A DNA stretch of 64,000 bases from contig NC_043005.1 of the NCBI RefSeq assembly GCF_006345805.1, positions 89,590,001 to 89,654,000 on the forward strand. Reading direction: 5' to 3'. Shown here in pieces: positions 52,265-63,654 of this stretch; the stretch's first letter is position 1; every line of letters starts with the position of its first letter. Origin of the DNA: Octopus sinensis (taxonomy: Eukaryota). The translations under genes and the position numbers were made by a program. The notes under the pieces were generated by a model that was not told the origin of the DNA, ran no database searches, and worked only from the letters and a program-made list of their open reading frames with translations.

Positions 52265-52308
52265 ACACAATGTTTCAGCTGATATACCCTCCAGCCTTCA
52301 TCAGGTGT
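52265..52308 (-). ncRNA. Minimal type I hammerhead ribozyme motif (stem III G changed to A)
   Basis: Minus strand ACAC-CTGATGA-A-GGCTG(gagggtatat)CAGCT-GAAAC-ATT-GTGT. Confidence 0.55.
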
Positions 52309-52357
52309 CTTGGGGAAATTTCAAACCTGGGTTCTCATTCCTAAGATATTTTTCAAT

Positions 52358-52420
<63 letters not shown>

Positions 52421-52577
52421 TCACTGCCTGGAATTGAACTCAGAATCTTGGGGTTAAGAGCACAGGCTACTAACCCCAAAATTCCAAGTTCGATTCCAAG
52501 CAGTGACCTGAATAATAATAATAATAACATTGAAAAATACCTTAGGAATGAGAACCCAGGTTTGAAATTACCTCAAG

Positions 52578-52621
52578 ACACATGATGAAGGCTGGAGGGT
52601 ATATCAGCCGAAACGTTGTGT
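52578..52621 (+). ncRNA. Minimal type I hammerhead ribozyme motif (C3 changed to A)
   Basis: ACAC-aTGATGA-A-GGCTG(gagggtatat)CAGCC-GAAAC-GTT-GTGT. Confidence 0.55.
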
Positions 52622-53078
52622 TAACAACAAACAAGTTGAGGACAAATGCCTGTCAATTGTAAATAATGAGTAATTTCACTTGTCGCTATATTCTGAGTTG
52701 AAATTCTGCTGAGGTCAACCTTGCTTTTCATCCCTTCAGGGTCGATAAAATAAGTACCAATTTAACACTGGGGTCAGTGTAATTAACTTGTGCCCTCCCT
52801 TCAAAATTGCTACCCTTGTGGCAAAATTTGAAACTTATTATTATTCTAATGATAATCAAAGGCAATATAGTTTGATGGTAAGTAAATTGTTGGTCATTTG
52901 ATTTTCATTCCGGTTCAAACCACTTCGTTTCAGTTGCTCTGGGGCTGGGTGGGGGTGGAGAGATTAAATATTTCGAAGAGATTTGCATGTTTTTTTCTCT
53001 TTCTTTTCTTTCCAAATTGTGATTTAATCCTGCTTCTTTCATTCATTCTTTCTTTCTTTCTTTCCCCTTCCTTTGCAG

Positions 53079-53279
53079 ATGCACCCGATGTTTTGCCAAC
53101 AGCAACTCAACTGGAGAAACTTGGCCCACCACCAGCGGCACCACCACCTCCTCCGCCTCCTCCACCCCCACCGCCACCACCTCCCCCACCTCCAATATCA
53201 AGTATACCACCACCTCCCAGAATGTTAGGCGCACCTCCCCCACCCCCTCCCCCTCCGCAAACCGAACATGGTACAGGTG
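53079..53279 (+). CDS. FMNL: FMNL exon encoding the FH1 poly-proline region
   Basis: Strong acceptor ccttcctttgcag; DAPDVLPT...PPPPPP...GAPPPPPPPPQTEHGT(G); donor after 53276 (gtggtt) or 53279 (gttagt), both phase 1. Confidence 0.92.
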
Positions 53280-53302
53280 GTTAGTATATTCATTTTTTAA
53301 AA

Positions 53303-53333
<31 letters not shown>

Positions 53334-54032
53334 TCATTTAGTATATTCATTTTATTATTATTATTGAGTGAGAGAGCAGTGCATGCCATCAGAGTGACTG
53401 AGGGATAAAATATATGAAGCCCAATATACCCATCATGACTACCCATCTGATATGGATACACCAGGTACATGCATTGCAACCACACATGTGACATGGTGAT
53501 CTCATATCAAGATAAACAGTGCATGGCCATGTGGGTGGGGCCCAGTTACAATTTTCTTCAGCTCAATCATTCCCACTCAAAAGGCCTCTGAATAAAGATT
53601 GTTTAACCCTTTAGCTTTCAAACTGGCTCTATCCAGCCCAAACACTCTACATTTTCTATGTTTGATCTGGCCTCTTATACCTATCCTACAATGTCATTGC
53701 AAAATTTGCCATTTCATCAGGGACAGCTTTATTTCCAGTCTTTCAGGAGTTGATTTTGTTAACTGTATCTTACAAAGTTTTTGTCCTTGTGTATTTCTGG
53801 AGAATTACCAGGCTCCTAGGTGTTAGGTTGTGAGTCATTCCACAAAGGGCAGGAGAAAATAACTCTTGTTACCCAGGTGTTCCCCTAATAAAGTTGGCAC
53901 AGGACTGCTTCAACTGTCAGCTCCCTTACTAATATTAATGCCTAAAACTTCATTGTTATGATATTACTGATATTCTTATGTCACAGATGCAGTTGTGGAA
54001 AGTCATGAATGCTACAACTCTACCATGTTTAA

Positions 54033-54366
54033 TGCTTTAGCATTTAAACCGCCCATGTCCAGCCCAAATATTCTTCCTGTTTATGTTGAAACCAGCCAAA
54101 CCCAGCCTCTCACCCCTCTCTCCCCAATGTCATTCTAAAAATATAAAATGACATAATCAAAATTTCAAAGCTACGAGATAATGCATGATTGATTTAACCT
54201 TTAGCACATTGTAGGTGCATCATATCACTGTATGAGTTCTCTCCTTGTAGTAATAGGGCAGTGTCAAGGGAAACAATTCTAGACAAAATGCAGTGTGCTA
54301 AAGGTTAAAACAAGGTGAATAAAAAAACAAAACCCTTACATGTGACAGTAATCTGAATGCTAAAGG
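54033..54366 (-). mobile_element. TTAA-type MITE family 2 containing a nested mini-MITE
   Basis: Reverse of the 23599 family; interrupted at 54198-54304. Confidence 0.65.
54198..54304. mobile_element. 107-bp mini-MITE
   Basis: TTAA TSD on both sides; 14-bp TIR CCTTTAGCACA(T/C)TG. Confidence 0.8.
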
Positions 54367-54429
54367 ATTGAGTACCAAAAGCAAAAACAATATTACCATT
54401 GATTTCATTAAAGCTTAAAGTCAGGGTAA

Positions 54430-54620
54430 AAAGCACCAACCGATCGTGGTTATTGCCAGCCTCCCCTGGCACCTGTGCCCGTGGCACATAAAAAGCACAA
54501 TCCATACGTGGTCGATGCCAGCGCCACCTTGACTGGCGTCCGTGCCCGTGGCATGTAAAAATCACCAGCCGATCATGGCTGTTGCCAGCCTCGGAAAAAG
54601 GACGTGAAACGATGATGATG
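54430..54620 (+). mobile_element. RTE 3' UTR fragment, internal units joined directly to the tail
   Basis: gtgcccgtggcacataaaaagcac units followed by gacgtgaaacgatgatgat. Confidence 0.7.
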
Positions 54621-55159
54621 AAAAAAAGGTTGTTGATACTAGAGTAATGTTGATATTTGCAATGTCTGAGGATATTCAATTAACAGCATGAGGATACATT
54701 GTGATAATTGTTGCAAATTTTTGCTACCTGAGTTCAAGTTGTGTTGAGTTTCGTTTAGCTTTCGGTCTTTTCAGTATCAATAAAATGTCACCCCTGCTGC
54801 TGGGGTTGTTCTCCATCCCTTCATCTGTTACAGCTTGGATGTTCTGCTGAATGCCAGGTGGAAGGGCTGATAGGGTGTCTGGCTTTGTATTTAAGCTGCA
54901 GGGCTACCTGAAACCCTGGGTGTGTCCAGACTGCCAAGTCATCCTCATCTGTCAAGTAGTTTTATTTGTACCTCACAGGTGAACTTGAAGCAGCGATGAT
55001 GGGCTGCTGACCTTAGCCACAATAAACTTTTAAATACAGCTCTTTCTTTGGGCAAGTTACTTCATTCTATTTGTCTGTCAGCTCAGGAAAGCTGTTGTTT
55101 GTCGATAAACTTGAGTTTGTCATCAGCCCTAGACCTCATAAGGCTGGGGCTTCACCTGG

Positions 55160-55385
55160 TTTCACTGGCATATAAGTGACTGTGATTACAACACTCAACC
55201 CATGGATGGGATGTTGGTCCATCACATGTTAACTTCCCATCTGTGACTGGAACTCATAGCTGAGTGGATTGGAGCAAAAGGGAAATGTGTTTTGCTCAAA
55301 AACACAATGTACTGCCCAGTCTGGGAATCGAAACTGTGATCTTATCATTGTGAGTGCCACACCCTAACCACTGGGCCAGGCACCT
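55160..55385 (-). mobile_element. tRNA-headed SINE (group C-like head)
   Basis: ctgggaatcgaaac and cctaaccactgggcc on the + strand. Confidence 0.6.
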
Positions 55386-55507
55386 TTCTTTTCTTGTCTC
55401 CCCCCCCTTTTTTTTAATGTTTTTAACAAAACCTTTGAATTGGTGAAAATGTGTTTGTGAAGATAATTTTCCTTATCTAACCTGAAAATTTATTTCTTTT
55501 TGTTTAG

Positions 55508-55632
55508 CGATGACCATTAAAAAGAAAGTGCAGTCTAAATATCGACTACCACTGTTGAATTGGACCCCTCTCAAACCTCAGCAAGTGAAAGGGACCATCT
55601 TCTCAGATCTTGACGATGAAAAGTTGATGACT
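55508..55632 (+). CDS. FMNL: FMNL exon (FH2 start): (A)[41 protein letters not shown]
   Basis: Acceptor tgtttag, donor ACT|gtaagt; 125 nt. Confidence 0.95.
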
Positions 55633-56240
55633 GTAAGTGGGGTTTTTTTCTCTTTTTTTTTCTTTTGTTTTTAATTTCAGCCAAAATTTTATTCAAAGAT
55701 TGAATCACAATTTAATTACAAGAAACAAAGAAAAAGGAAAAAGGGAAGTGGTTTAAGTAGCAGAAGCGGTGGGGAGAGAGTAGGGGGTTGTGCACCCCAG
55801 AATGAATGGTAGGTTTGGCTGCACCTCACAGTCATGTCTGATGGTATTGCTGTGGAGGATGGTCGGCGACACTCACCACAGCAGCCACCATCCCACCTTG
55901 CAGGGCTTGGTTCTTGCTGAGGAAGTATATTGGCTGTACATAATGCTTCCTGACTGTAATAAAGTAATGTTTTGGCTTAAATGGTGGGGGACAACATCTG
56001 AGGGACTTTTAGCCATTGCAGTATTGAGCTTTCAGCATTGACTTGAATGTCTTCAAAAGCCCCCCACCCCACCCCTGCCGCCAAGGACACTAAAACCATT
56101 TTTACACAATACAGACATTGCAAGAGAGATGTTATATTACTACAAAAAGAACCTTGGTGTGTTTCAATATGGTTGACTCGGGGGGAGGGTGCTGCCTCCA
56201 AATAGCACCAATAGAAGACCATACTGGTTTTGTTCTGTAC

Positions 56241-56400
56241 AGGCACAATCATGGCTGTGTGGTAGGAAGCTTCTTTCCCATCCACCTGGTTCCAGGTTCG
56301 GTCCACTGCGTGGCACCTTGGGCAGGTGTATTCTGCTGTAGCTTCCGGCCGACCAGGGCCTTGTGAGTGGGTTTGGTGAATGGAAACTGAGGAAGGCCCA
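56241..56400 (+). mobile_element. SINE group A head fragment
   Basis: atggctgtgtggtaggaagc...ggttcggtcc. Confidence 0.7.
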
Positions 56401-56444
56401 TTATAGATAAATGTGTGTGTGTATATATATATACACACACACAT

Positions 56445-56818
56445 GTACACCATTCGAGTGTGATCGTTACCAGCGTCACCTTATTGGCTCTTGTGCTGGT
56501 GGCATGTGAAAACACATTCAAGCAAGGTCGTTACCAGTGTCGCCTTACTGGCACTTGTGCCGGTGTACAGGTGGCACATAAAAAAAACACCATTTAGGCA
56601 TGGCCGTTGCCAGTACCGCTTGACTGGCCCTCGTGCCGGTGGCACGTGAAAGCACCCGCTACACTCTCAGAGTGGTTAGCATTAGAAAGGGCATCCAGTT
56701 GTAGAAACTCTGCCAGATCAGATTGGAGCCTGGTGCAGCCATCTGGTTTGCAAGTCCTCACTCAAATCGTCCAACCCATGCTAGCATGGAAAGCGGGTGT
56801 TAATCGACGATGATGATG
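56445..56818 (+). mobile_element. RTE 3' UTR fragment with tandem units and tail
   Basis: caccattcgagtgtgatcgttaccagcg units; (gat)n tail. Confidence 0.85.
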
Positions 56819-56991
56819 AAGGTAGGTGGGAGCCATGACATTTTCGGATGTGTTTCCATAACAGCATCACTGTAATTGGAAACCTCTTCATCCCTTAGCA
56901 CGAGTAAATCATGATGGAGACAGAAGACTGGAAATTCTGCAGCAGCTGATGTTGTGTGACTGGTGGATGATTGAACTGATTATTATGCTGA

Positions 56992-57305
56992 AGGCACTTG
57001 GCTTAGTGGTTAGGGTATTTGGCTTATGGTCACATGGTCATGAGTTCGATTCCTGGTGGCACACTGTGTTCTTGAGCAAGACACTAATTTTTGTCAGCCA
57101 AGTGGACTGGGGCATCATGAAATAAAGAAATACCTGTAATTCAAAAGGAGCCAGCCCTGTCACATTCTGTGCATCACACTGAATCTCCCTGACAGCCATG
57201 TTAAGGGTATGCATGTCTGTGGAGTGCTCAGCCACTTGCACATTAATTTTACGAGCAGGCTGTTCCATTGATTGAATCAGCTGGAGCACTTGACCTTGTA
57301 ACCAA
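56992..57305 (+). mobile_element. SINE group C copy
   Basis: A box TGGCTTAGTGG, B box GAGTTCGATTCC. Confidence 0.8.
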
Positions 57306-57544
57306 TGGATTACTAGGTTTTTAATTACTATGTTACCCATTTCCACACAATTTTCTTTATATTAAACCTTTGCATACTTCACTGTTTTCTGAAGCTAATA
57401 AAGGTTTTCATTGATTATGTTAATTAAATATTGGGATTCTTATACATTTGACCAACTCATCTATTCCAACACCAAACTACTTCTTCATTGCTGAATGACT
57501 TTTTTTAAAAACTTTTCTGACTTAAGAACCTTGCTACATCAGAC

Positions 57545-57932
57545 TTCAGTCCTTGCTTACATGCATTGGATGGAATTTTTAATAGCCAGATGTCCTTCCT
57601 GTTGGCAACCCTTACCTGTTTTCAATGAAGATTATATTCCTTGTGGCTAGACATGTTTGTCATGGAAAGATTGGAAACAAAGGACAACACTTGTTTGACA
57701 GTAACACTCATTTACAACAATCGTCTGATGGCATGACAAGGAGACACTACACATATATATACATGTATACACAATAGGCTTCTTTCAGTTTCCATTTACC
57801 AAATTTACTCATAAGGCATTGGTCAACCCAGGGCTATGGTATAAGACACTTGCCTAAGGTGCCATGCAGTGGGATTGATCCTGAAAGCATGTGGATGGGA
57901 AGCAACCTTCTTACCACACAACCATGCCTGCA
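57545..57932 (-). mobile_element. SINE: group A head with RTE-type tail (same design as 8000-8495)
   Basis: Head at 57780-57932; body acactcatttacaac; tail gatgtccttcctg...atgcattggatgg. Confidence 0.65.
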
Positions 57933-58576
57933 CCCCCCCCCCACACATATATTAAATAAAATGAGAGATCAAAGCCAAGGCAGTGTGAAATTTCTAGGAT
58001 ATTTATAAAGAGTGTAGTGGGTGCCTTTTACGTGCCACCGGCATGGGAGCCAGTCAGGCGGCACTGGCAGGGATCACACTCAAATGGTGCTTTATATTTA
58101 TCTCTTCATTGCTGACATAAAACTGAAGCTAGGCATCTCCTCTTTAGAGTCCTTCAGTGTCAAAAAATCATTGACACTTCCCACATGTTAGTGCTGCTCT
58201 GTCAAAGAATGTTGAGAACTGCTTCAAAAATGGTTGTGATCAAAATATCCTCACAAAAAAGAAGCTATGATCTGCTTCGTTGTTCCATAGACAATATTGA
58301 TATCTAAAATAACAACAACAACATTGAATATATTTGACCAATAATTTCAAAGCATCAATATCCAGTGTTTCATTCTGTGATCTTTTGTTTGAAAGTTGTT
58401 GTTCCACCCATGCCAGCATGGAAAGCAGACATTAAATGATGATAATGAGTTCCATAAATCATATTGAATCATTAATTTATTTGATAACAAGAACTTCTTC
58501 GTGAATTTCAGTTGAGTAAAAAGTACCATGTGATTGATTTTATTTATTGATCTACGTAATTTCTTTTGTTTCCTAG

Positions 58577-58730
58577 GTGATAGATTTTCATGAATTTGAG
58601 GAGCTCTTTCGTCTGGGGCCTGCCGGCCCAATTAGCCGGGATCCTACTGTTGGGACTCCTAAATTACTTAAAAAGTTAAAGAAACCTGAAAACATAAGCC
58701 TCCTTGAGCCAAATAGATTACGAAATGTTG
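58577..58730 (+). CDS. FMNL: FMNL exon (FH2): VIDFHEFEELFRLG...ISLLEPNRLRNV(A)
   Basis: Acceptor tttcctag, donor TTG|gtaagt; 154 nt. Confidence 0.95.
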
Positions 58731-59080
58731 GTAAGTAACATTTTCACCACTTATTTCTGAAACACATTATTGAATCACTTTGAAGTTAACTCTACAGGTT
58801 TTCTATAGAAATTAGAGCCAGCACTGAAAGTTGTTTCATATATACGAATGCATCTGTGTAAACAATGTTATTGAAGATAGAAAAATAGTTGATGCGTGGA
58901 TATGCACATTTTTGATGAGTTCTTGCCTCTTCTTCTGCACCACATTCAACCCATCAACCATCCACAAACAAATAACTACTAAAGAAAGTAGTGTAACTAT
59001 TGAACTGACCAATTTTACTTATTAAACACATTCCTGGAAACAGATACATGCATATTAATTACTTGTAAGTACTCATTAAC

Positions 59081-59331
59081 TTGGAGTAAAGATTTTTGCC
59101 AGCATAACATGGCAGTCCTGGTTTAGGACGAATGTTGCTGTAATTTAACCCCAGGAGACATTTGTCTCCAGCTGGACATACAACACAATCTGTGTCCCAT
59201 GTCCAAAAATATAAGGACACAGATCATGTTGTATAGCCAGCTGGAGATGATGTCTCCTGGGGCTAAATTACAGCAACATTCATCCTAAACCAGGACTGCC
59301 ATGTTATGTTGGCAAACAATCTTTACTCCAA
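59081..59331. mobile_element. 251-bp fold-back (palindromic MITE-like) element
   Basis: Arms 59081-59197 and 59215-59331, roughly 90% complementary by eye; 17-nt loop; TA near both flanks. Confidence 0.85.
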
Positions 59332-59489
59332 AGTATTGTTGCTGAATATCTCTCGTTGTGGGATTTAAAAATAGTAATTTTCTAACTTATTAATTGTTCG
59401 TTATAAAATGGAGCTGAAATAAATTTACTTCACCTTTCTCACAGTTTGGTTCAAATTAAGTTAAAAATCTTTTTCTTCTTATTTTTTAG

Positions 59490-59547
59490 CAATCACAAGA
59501 AGGAAGATAGAAATGACAAATGACGAAATTGTTAGAGCAATTATTAT
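59490..59547 (+). CDS. FMNL: FMNL exon (FH2): (A)ITRRKIEMTNDEIVRAII(M)
   Basis: Acceptor attttttag, donor AT|gtaagg; 58 nt. Confidence 0.93.
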
Positions 59548-59872
59548 GTAAGGCTTTGTTCTCTTCTTTTTCTGTTTCTCTCCTCGTTTCGTGCTCTGTT
59601 TGTTTCAGTCATTGGGCTGTGGCCAGGCTGGAGTACCACCTTGCAGGTTTTAATCAAACAAATCAATCCCAGTACTTTTGATTCTAGTGCTTATTTACTC
59701 TGTTTCTTTTACTGAGCTGCTAAATAATGGGGATGTAAATAAACCAACACCAGCTGTCAAATGGCAGGCTGGAGGGACAAATACAAAGGTGCATATATGC
59801 ACTCTCTCTGTCACACACACACAATGAACTCCAAATTGGCACATCAGTGTTTATGGTCTGTCACAAGTTTAA

Positions 59873-60078
59873 CCTTTTAGCATTCAGGTTATTCTGTCAG
59901 ATGTAACGCTTATTTATGCACATTGTTTTTAATTAATCATGCATTATTTCATAGTTTTGAGATTTCAGTGATTTGATTGTTTAGTTTTTGGTAGATGAGA
60001 GAGGCTGAATGTGGCTGGTTTGAACATAAAACAGGTTAAATATTTGGGCCTGATATGGCCAGTTTAAATGGTAATGCG
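59873..60078 (+). mobile_element. TTAA-type MITE family 2
   Basis: TTAA-CCTTTTAGCATTC start; body shared with 23599. Confidence 0.7.
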
Positions 60079-61576
60079 TTAGCAGTGAGGAACATAGATG
60101 TGGGATCATAAATACTCTCAGTATTCACCAATCAAATACAATATTGCAAAAACAATAGCAAAATAACTTTGTAGTGAGTCAGGAAAGCTATTTTTGTTGT
60201 CGCCGTATAGCACAGTTGTGCTATGGCATACTCCAGCCAATCAGGGCTGGGTGCATATGAATACCAAAGGCAGTTCTCTGTCCAAGCAGAGAAGCGAGAC
60301 TTTTAGGCAGTTGGTGAAAAGATGGCACAACGGCAACAGTCCCTCTTTCAATATAGAGCTTTTGATTTTTCACCACCAACTTCGTGCAGCTAATTCAGAG
60401 TTATATTGGCTCTCGACTTGTCACCTCTTGAACAGCCCATTTCATTTATGCTAACTTCTCTCCTCAATGCTGGGTAACCTCAGTCACAATTCTACCTCAT
60501 ACTGAACTGTATATTTTTCGCTTAAGCTAGCTCCATTCCTATTAGCTTATACAACAGAATCATTTGTTCAAAAGTAAGTTATAATGCTTTACCTGACTCA
60601 CATACATACAGGCTACATTCTTTTTATTTGCTTTCTCTTGTAATAATTTAATAAATTAAATTATTTGTTTAAAAACTGTCTTCTGATATTCCATTACCCA
60701 TGCTTCACAAAAGTACATTTACTGAACTTACTACTAAAATCCATATTTCAACTGTATGTGATTTTTCTCTTACACACACACATACACACAGGCTACACAT
60801 ATTACTACTTGTCGGCTCTTGTTAATTAAAGAATATTTTATAAAAATTGCCCCCTGATATTTTCCCTTTTACCAACTCTCACACTACAAATTGGCAGCAC
60901 CACCCTCACTACCCTGGTGACACTATAAATGCACTCACCAAATTAGCAGACACTACAAATGGACGCAAACATTTATTTGGTGACTTTTTACACCTTGGTC
61001 ACTGGCAACAAGACGTGATCGGTCCTGGAATACCAGAATGTTGAAATGTATTTTGTCAAACAGCAAAGAATATATGTGTGTGTGGTGTAGAACACCATGA
61101 GTTTGTCCCATGCAAATATAAAAATGTAGACATTGAAATGGTAGAAGTAATAAGAAAATAATCTGTTGATGTGGTGCTTAAAGCCAATTTTCCCATCTTA
61201 ATTGCAAAATTAAAATGATGAGTTAGAGTGAGACCTATTAGCAAAGATTTAGTTTCACTTATCTGTTGATATTTTACTTTAGTTAAAATATTATAAAATT
61301 GTCTTTGATTCTGTTAATTTTCTATAGAAATACCATTATACTTTATGGTGCCAGTGTAGTTGTAATGGTACTAATGTCTTAGATTTTGGTTGTACCAAGC
61401 TGATACATGTTCATGTATGTTTAAAAAAGTGTTTACATGGTATGTGATTGACTCAGCCTGGTGTCTAACATCTTGTTATACTTAGAAAGAACTTTGTGTT
61501 AAAATGAGTTGCTTTTGAAGATTTTGAATGAACTCATTTCAATGATTTCCTCACGATATTTCTATTCTGTTTGCAG

Positions 61577-61646
61577 GTTAGACTTACAAAGACTTAGCTT
61601 GGATATGGTTGATATTTTGTTAACCATTTTGCCAAATGAATCAGAA
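61577..61646 (+). CDS. FMNL: FMNL exon (FH2): LDLQRLSLDMVDILLTILPNESE
   Basis: Acceptor gtttgcag, donor GAA|gtaagt; 70 nt; no next exon found before 64000. Confidence 0.93.
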
Positions 61647-63616
61647 GTAAGTATATATATATATGTGTTCTTTTTTATTGCATCTCAGGAGGGTCATTAT
61701 GCCAATAATAAACACACTGGTTGTATTTCACTTCTAAGTTATTAATTGGATAACTATTTAGCCACTTAACTAATTGATTGATTGTACATTTTATTAATCA
61801 GTTGTTTGTCAAAGTCCTTTCATCACAAGTCTCTTTTGTTCTGTCTTTATTCTTTCAACTAAAAATGTCAAAACATAGCAAATCAGTTCAGCACAATGCC
61901 AGATGTCCTCTGTATCATTGACGTGGTCTGTGAGAGGATAACATGGAACACTGCAAAAATGAGAAAAGCATCCTTAGTCAGGGCAAAGCAATTTCTCGAG
62001 GGAGATCTCTGGGTGTGTGTGTCAGTGAGGCACAACCTCTTAGTCATCCGAGACCAGTCTGCAAGCTTGGTCTCCAGGCTAAAACTTTTGGAAGGATTGG
62101 GAAGCTAAGAATGCAGATGGCGTCCCTTGGTGTCTGCGAAGCCTGTAGCAAGACAGGTTGGATGCTATGTACAGCATTCTGGAATTCAGCCTCACCATAG
62201 CTCACGTTTAAATGCCTCTTTTTTAAACTTTTGTTCATGTGAGACGAATTCACACTCTGTTTTTGTTGCTCATTACAACCCCTAATTTTTAGTTTTGGGA
62301 AATGAGTGTCTCCTCAAACTTTTTGTATCCCGCTCTGTACAAGACCTCATTTATATTGGAGGTCATGACGCTCAATAACTGAATTGTTTGTCAACCACAA
62401 ACGTGTCTCGTCCTGTTTTCAGACATCTCCCCCCTACTTGTGTCATTGAACCAACCTAATTAAGTTTTTAAATTAAAAACTTAATTAGTCCTAATGAAAG
62501 ATTCCTCCAACCATCATATAAGTTTTCAATGGATTGATTTTATGGTTTGGTTTTGGTCATCCTGCTGGGTACCCACACCGTTTAGCTTTTCCTTTGATCT
62601 GTAATGTGTGTGTATGTGTATACACACGCACATGGATGTGAAGTGAAGATGCTATATAATTTTACAATTCAAAAGCACCACCCCCCACCACTTGTGTGTT
62701 GCCTTGGAAATGGTCCATGACTGCTGGCTTCAGTTCTCTGGGTTGACAAACAGGTTCCACCTTATTGAGTAGTAGTGAGATCATCATCAAACGGAAGGAA
62801 CCTACTGTTGACCACCAACATACACAAGTTTTCTGTTATGGATGTTCATATCTCTGAGAGGCTTTTCTCTTCCTTGTTGCATCAGATTGATCCAGCTTCT
62901 TTTCATAGAATTCATTTCGCTTGTCTCTTTTAGCTGAGAATATCAAAACCATACACCATTGTAGTTATTGCAACTTGTTACTATTTGAAATTGTTTTTAT
63001 GGTCTTTGAGCAGAGATTTGCTGAGGAAATGCATCTTGTTCCTTAACTCTACTCCTTTGTAACACTTGGCACTTTAAGAATGCTGCTCCTCTTTTCACCA
63101 AAGTGAATACGTATTTCACCTTTTGACATAAAATACAAAACTTTACTTTAATTTGGTGAGAAAATTTAGTGTAAATAGCAAAATGCAGGTAACTCTCCCC
63201 CACCCCCCTTTTTCCAGTTTTATTCATCTTTGCAGTATAATTATGATTGGATTCATGTGTGGGTCATGGCCCAGGGGCCTCTTCAGCTCAGAGAAGCCTA
63301 AATCTTGGAGTTAAGAATTTAAAAAAATTATATTTACAGCAATCAAATAATTTGAATCTTTTTAAAATTCCAAAGATTTCTTTTGAAATTTAGTCCTATT
63401 TTGATTTATTGGGCCCTTTTAAGTTTTGGTGCCTCTTCAAATTGTCTGGGGCTCTCTTTATTATCTTTATCTTATGCTTTGAATTAGCAAAATTGTAGGG
63501 GCCCAGGAGCTCTACTAGGTTTGAATCCAGCCCAGTATGCATGCATTTGTATATGCTTAAGGGTATGGATGCTGTAAGTATGTTTAGCTATGTGTGTGTG
63601 TGTGTGTCTCCTTGTT

Positions 63617-63654
63617 TCTTTCTGTGGAAGAGTGTAGGCTCGAAACGTTAAAGA
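63617..63654 (+). ncRNA. Hammerhead-like motif, non-canonical core (A6 changed to U)
   Basis: TCTTT-CTGTGGA-A-GAGT(gtag)GCTC-GAAAC-GTT-AAAGA. Confidence 0.4.

Larger units (their letters stand above)
52190..52672. mobile_element. Head-to-head palindromic element with tRNA-like heads and hammerhead motifs (Penelope-related, inferred)
   Basis: Arms about 52218-52456 and 52471-52668; ATTTCACTT duplicated at 52181-52189 and 52673-52681. Confidence 0.75.
52134..52835 (+). mobile_element. SINE group B copy split by the palindromic insertion
   Basis: Head at 52134-52189; resumes at 52673 with ttctgagttg...gtcgataaaataagtacc. Confidence 0.75.
7079..61646 (+). other. FMNL: Formin-like gene (FMNL/Frl subtype), partial span; 16 exons in window, incomplete at both ends
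   Basis: Exons with canonical AG/GT join with matching phases into 574 aa. FMNL hallmarks include [68 protein letters not shown], a poly-Pro FH1 and the FH2 start KYRLPLLNW. Confidence 0.95.

Noticed and set aside
52898-53078. N-terminal extension of ORF 52898-53284
   Set aside because: Translation of the polypyrimidine tract; the real exon starts at 53079
61880-62220. GC-richer block with overlapping short ORFs
   Set aside because: No FH2 or transposase motif recognised; no fitting splice sites
62934-63060. Possible next FH2 exon after ctcttttag
   Set aside because: Translation does not resemble the expected FH2 continuation; the next exon is probably beyond the window
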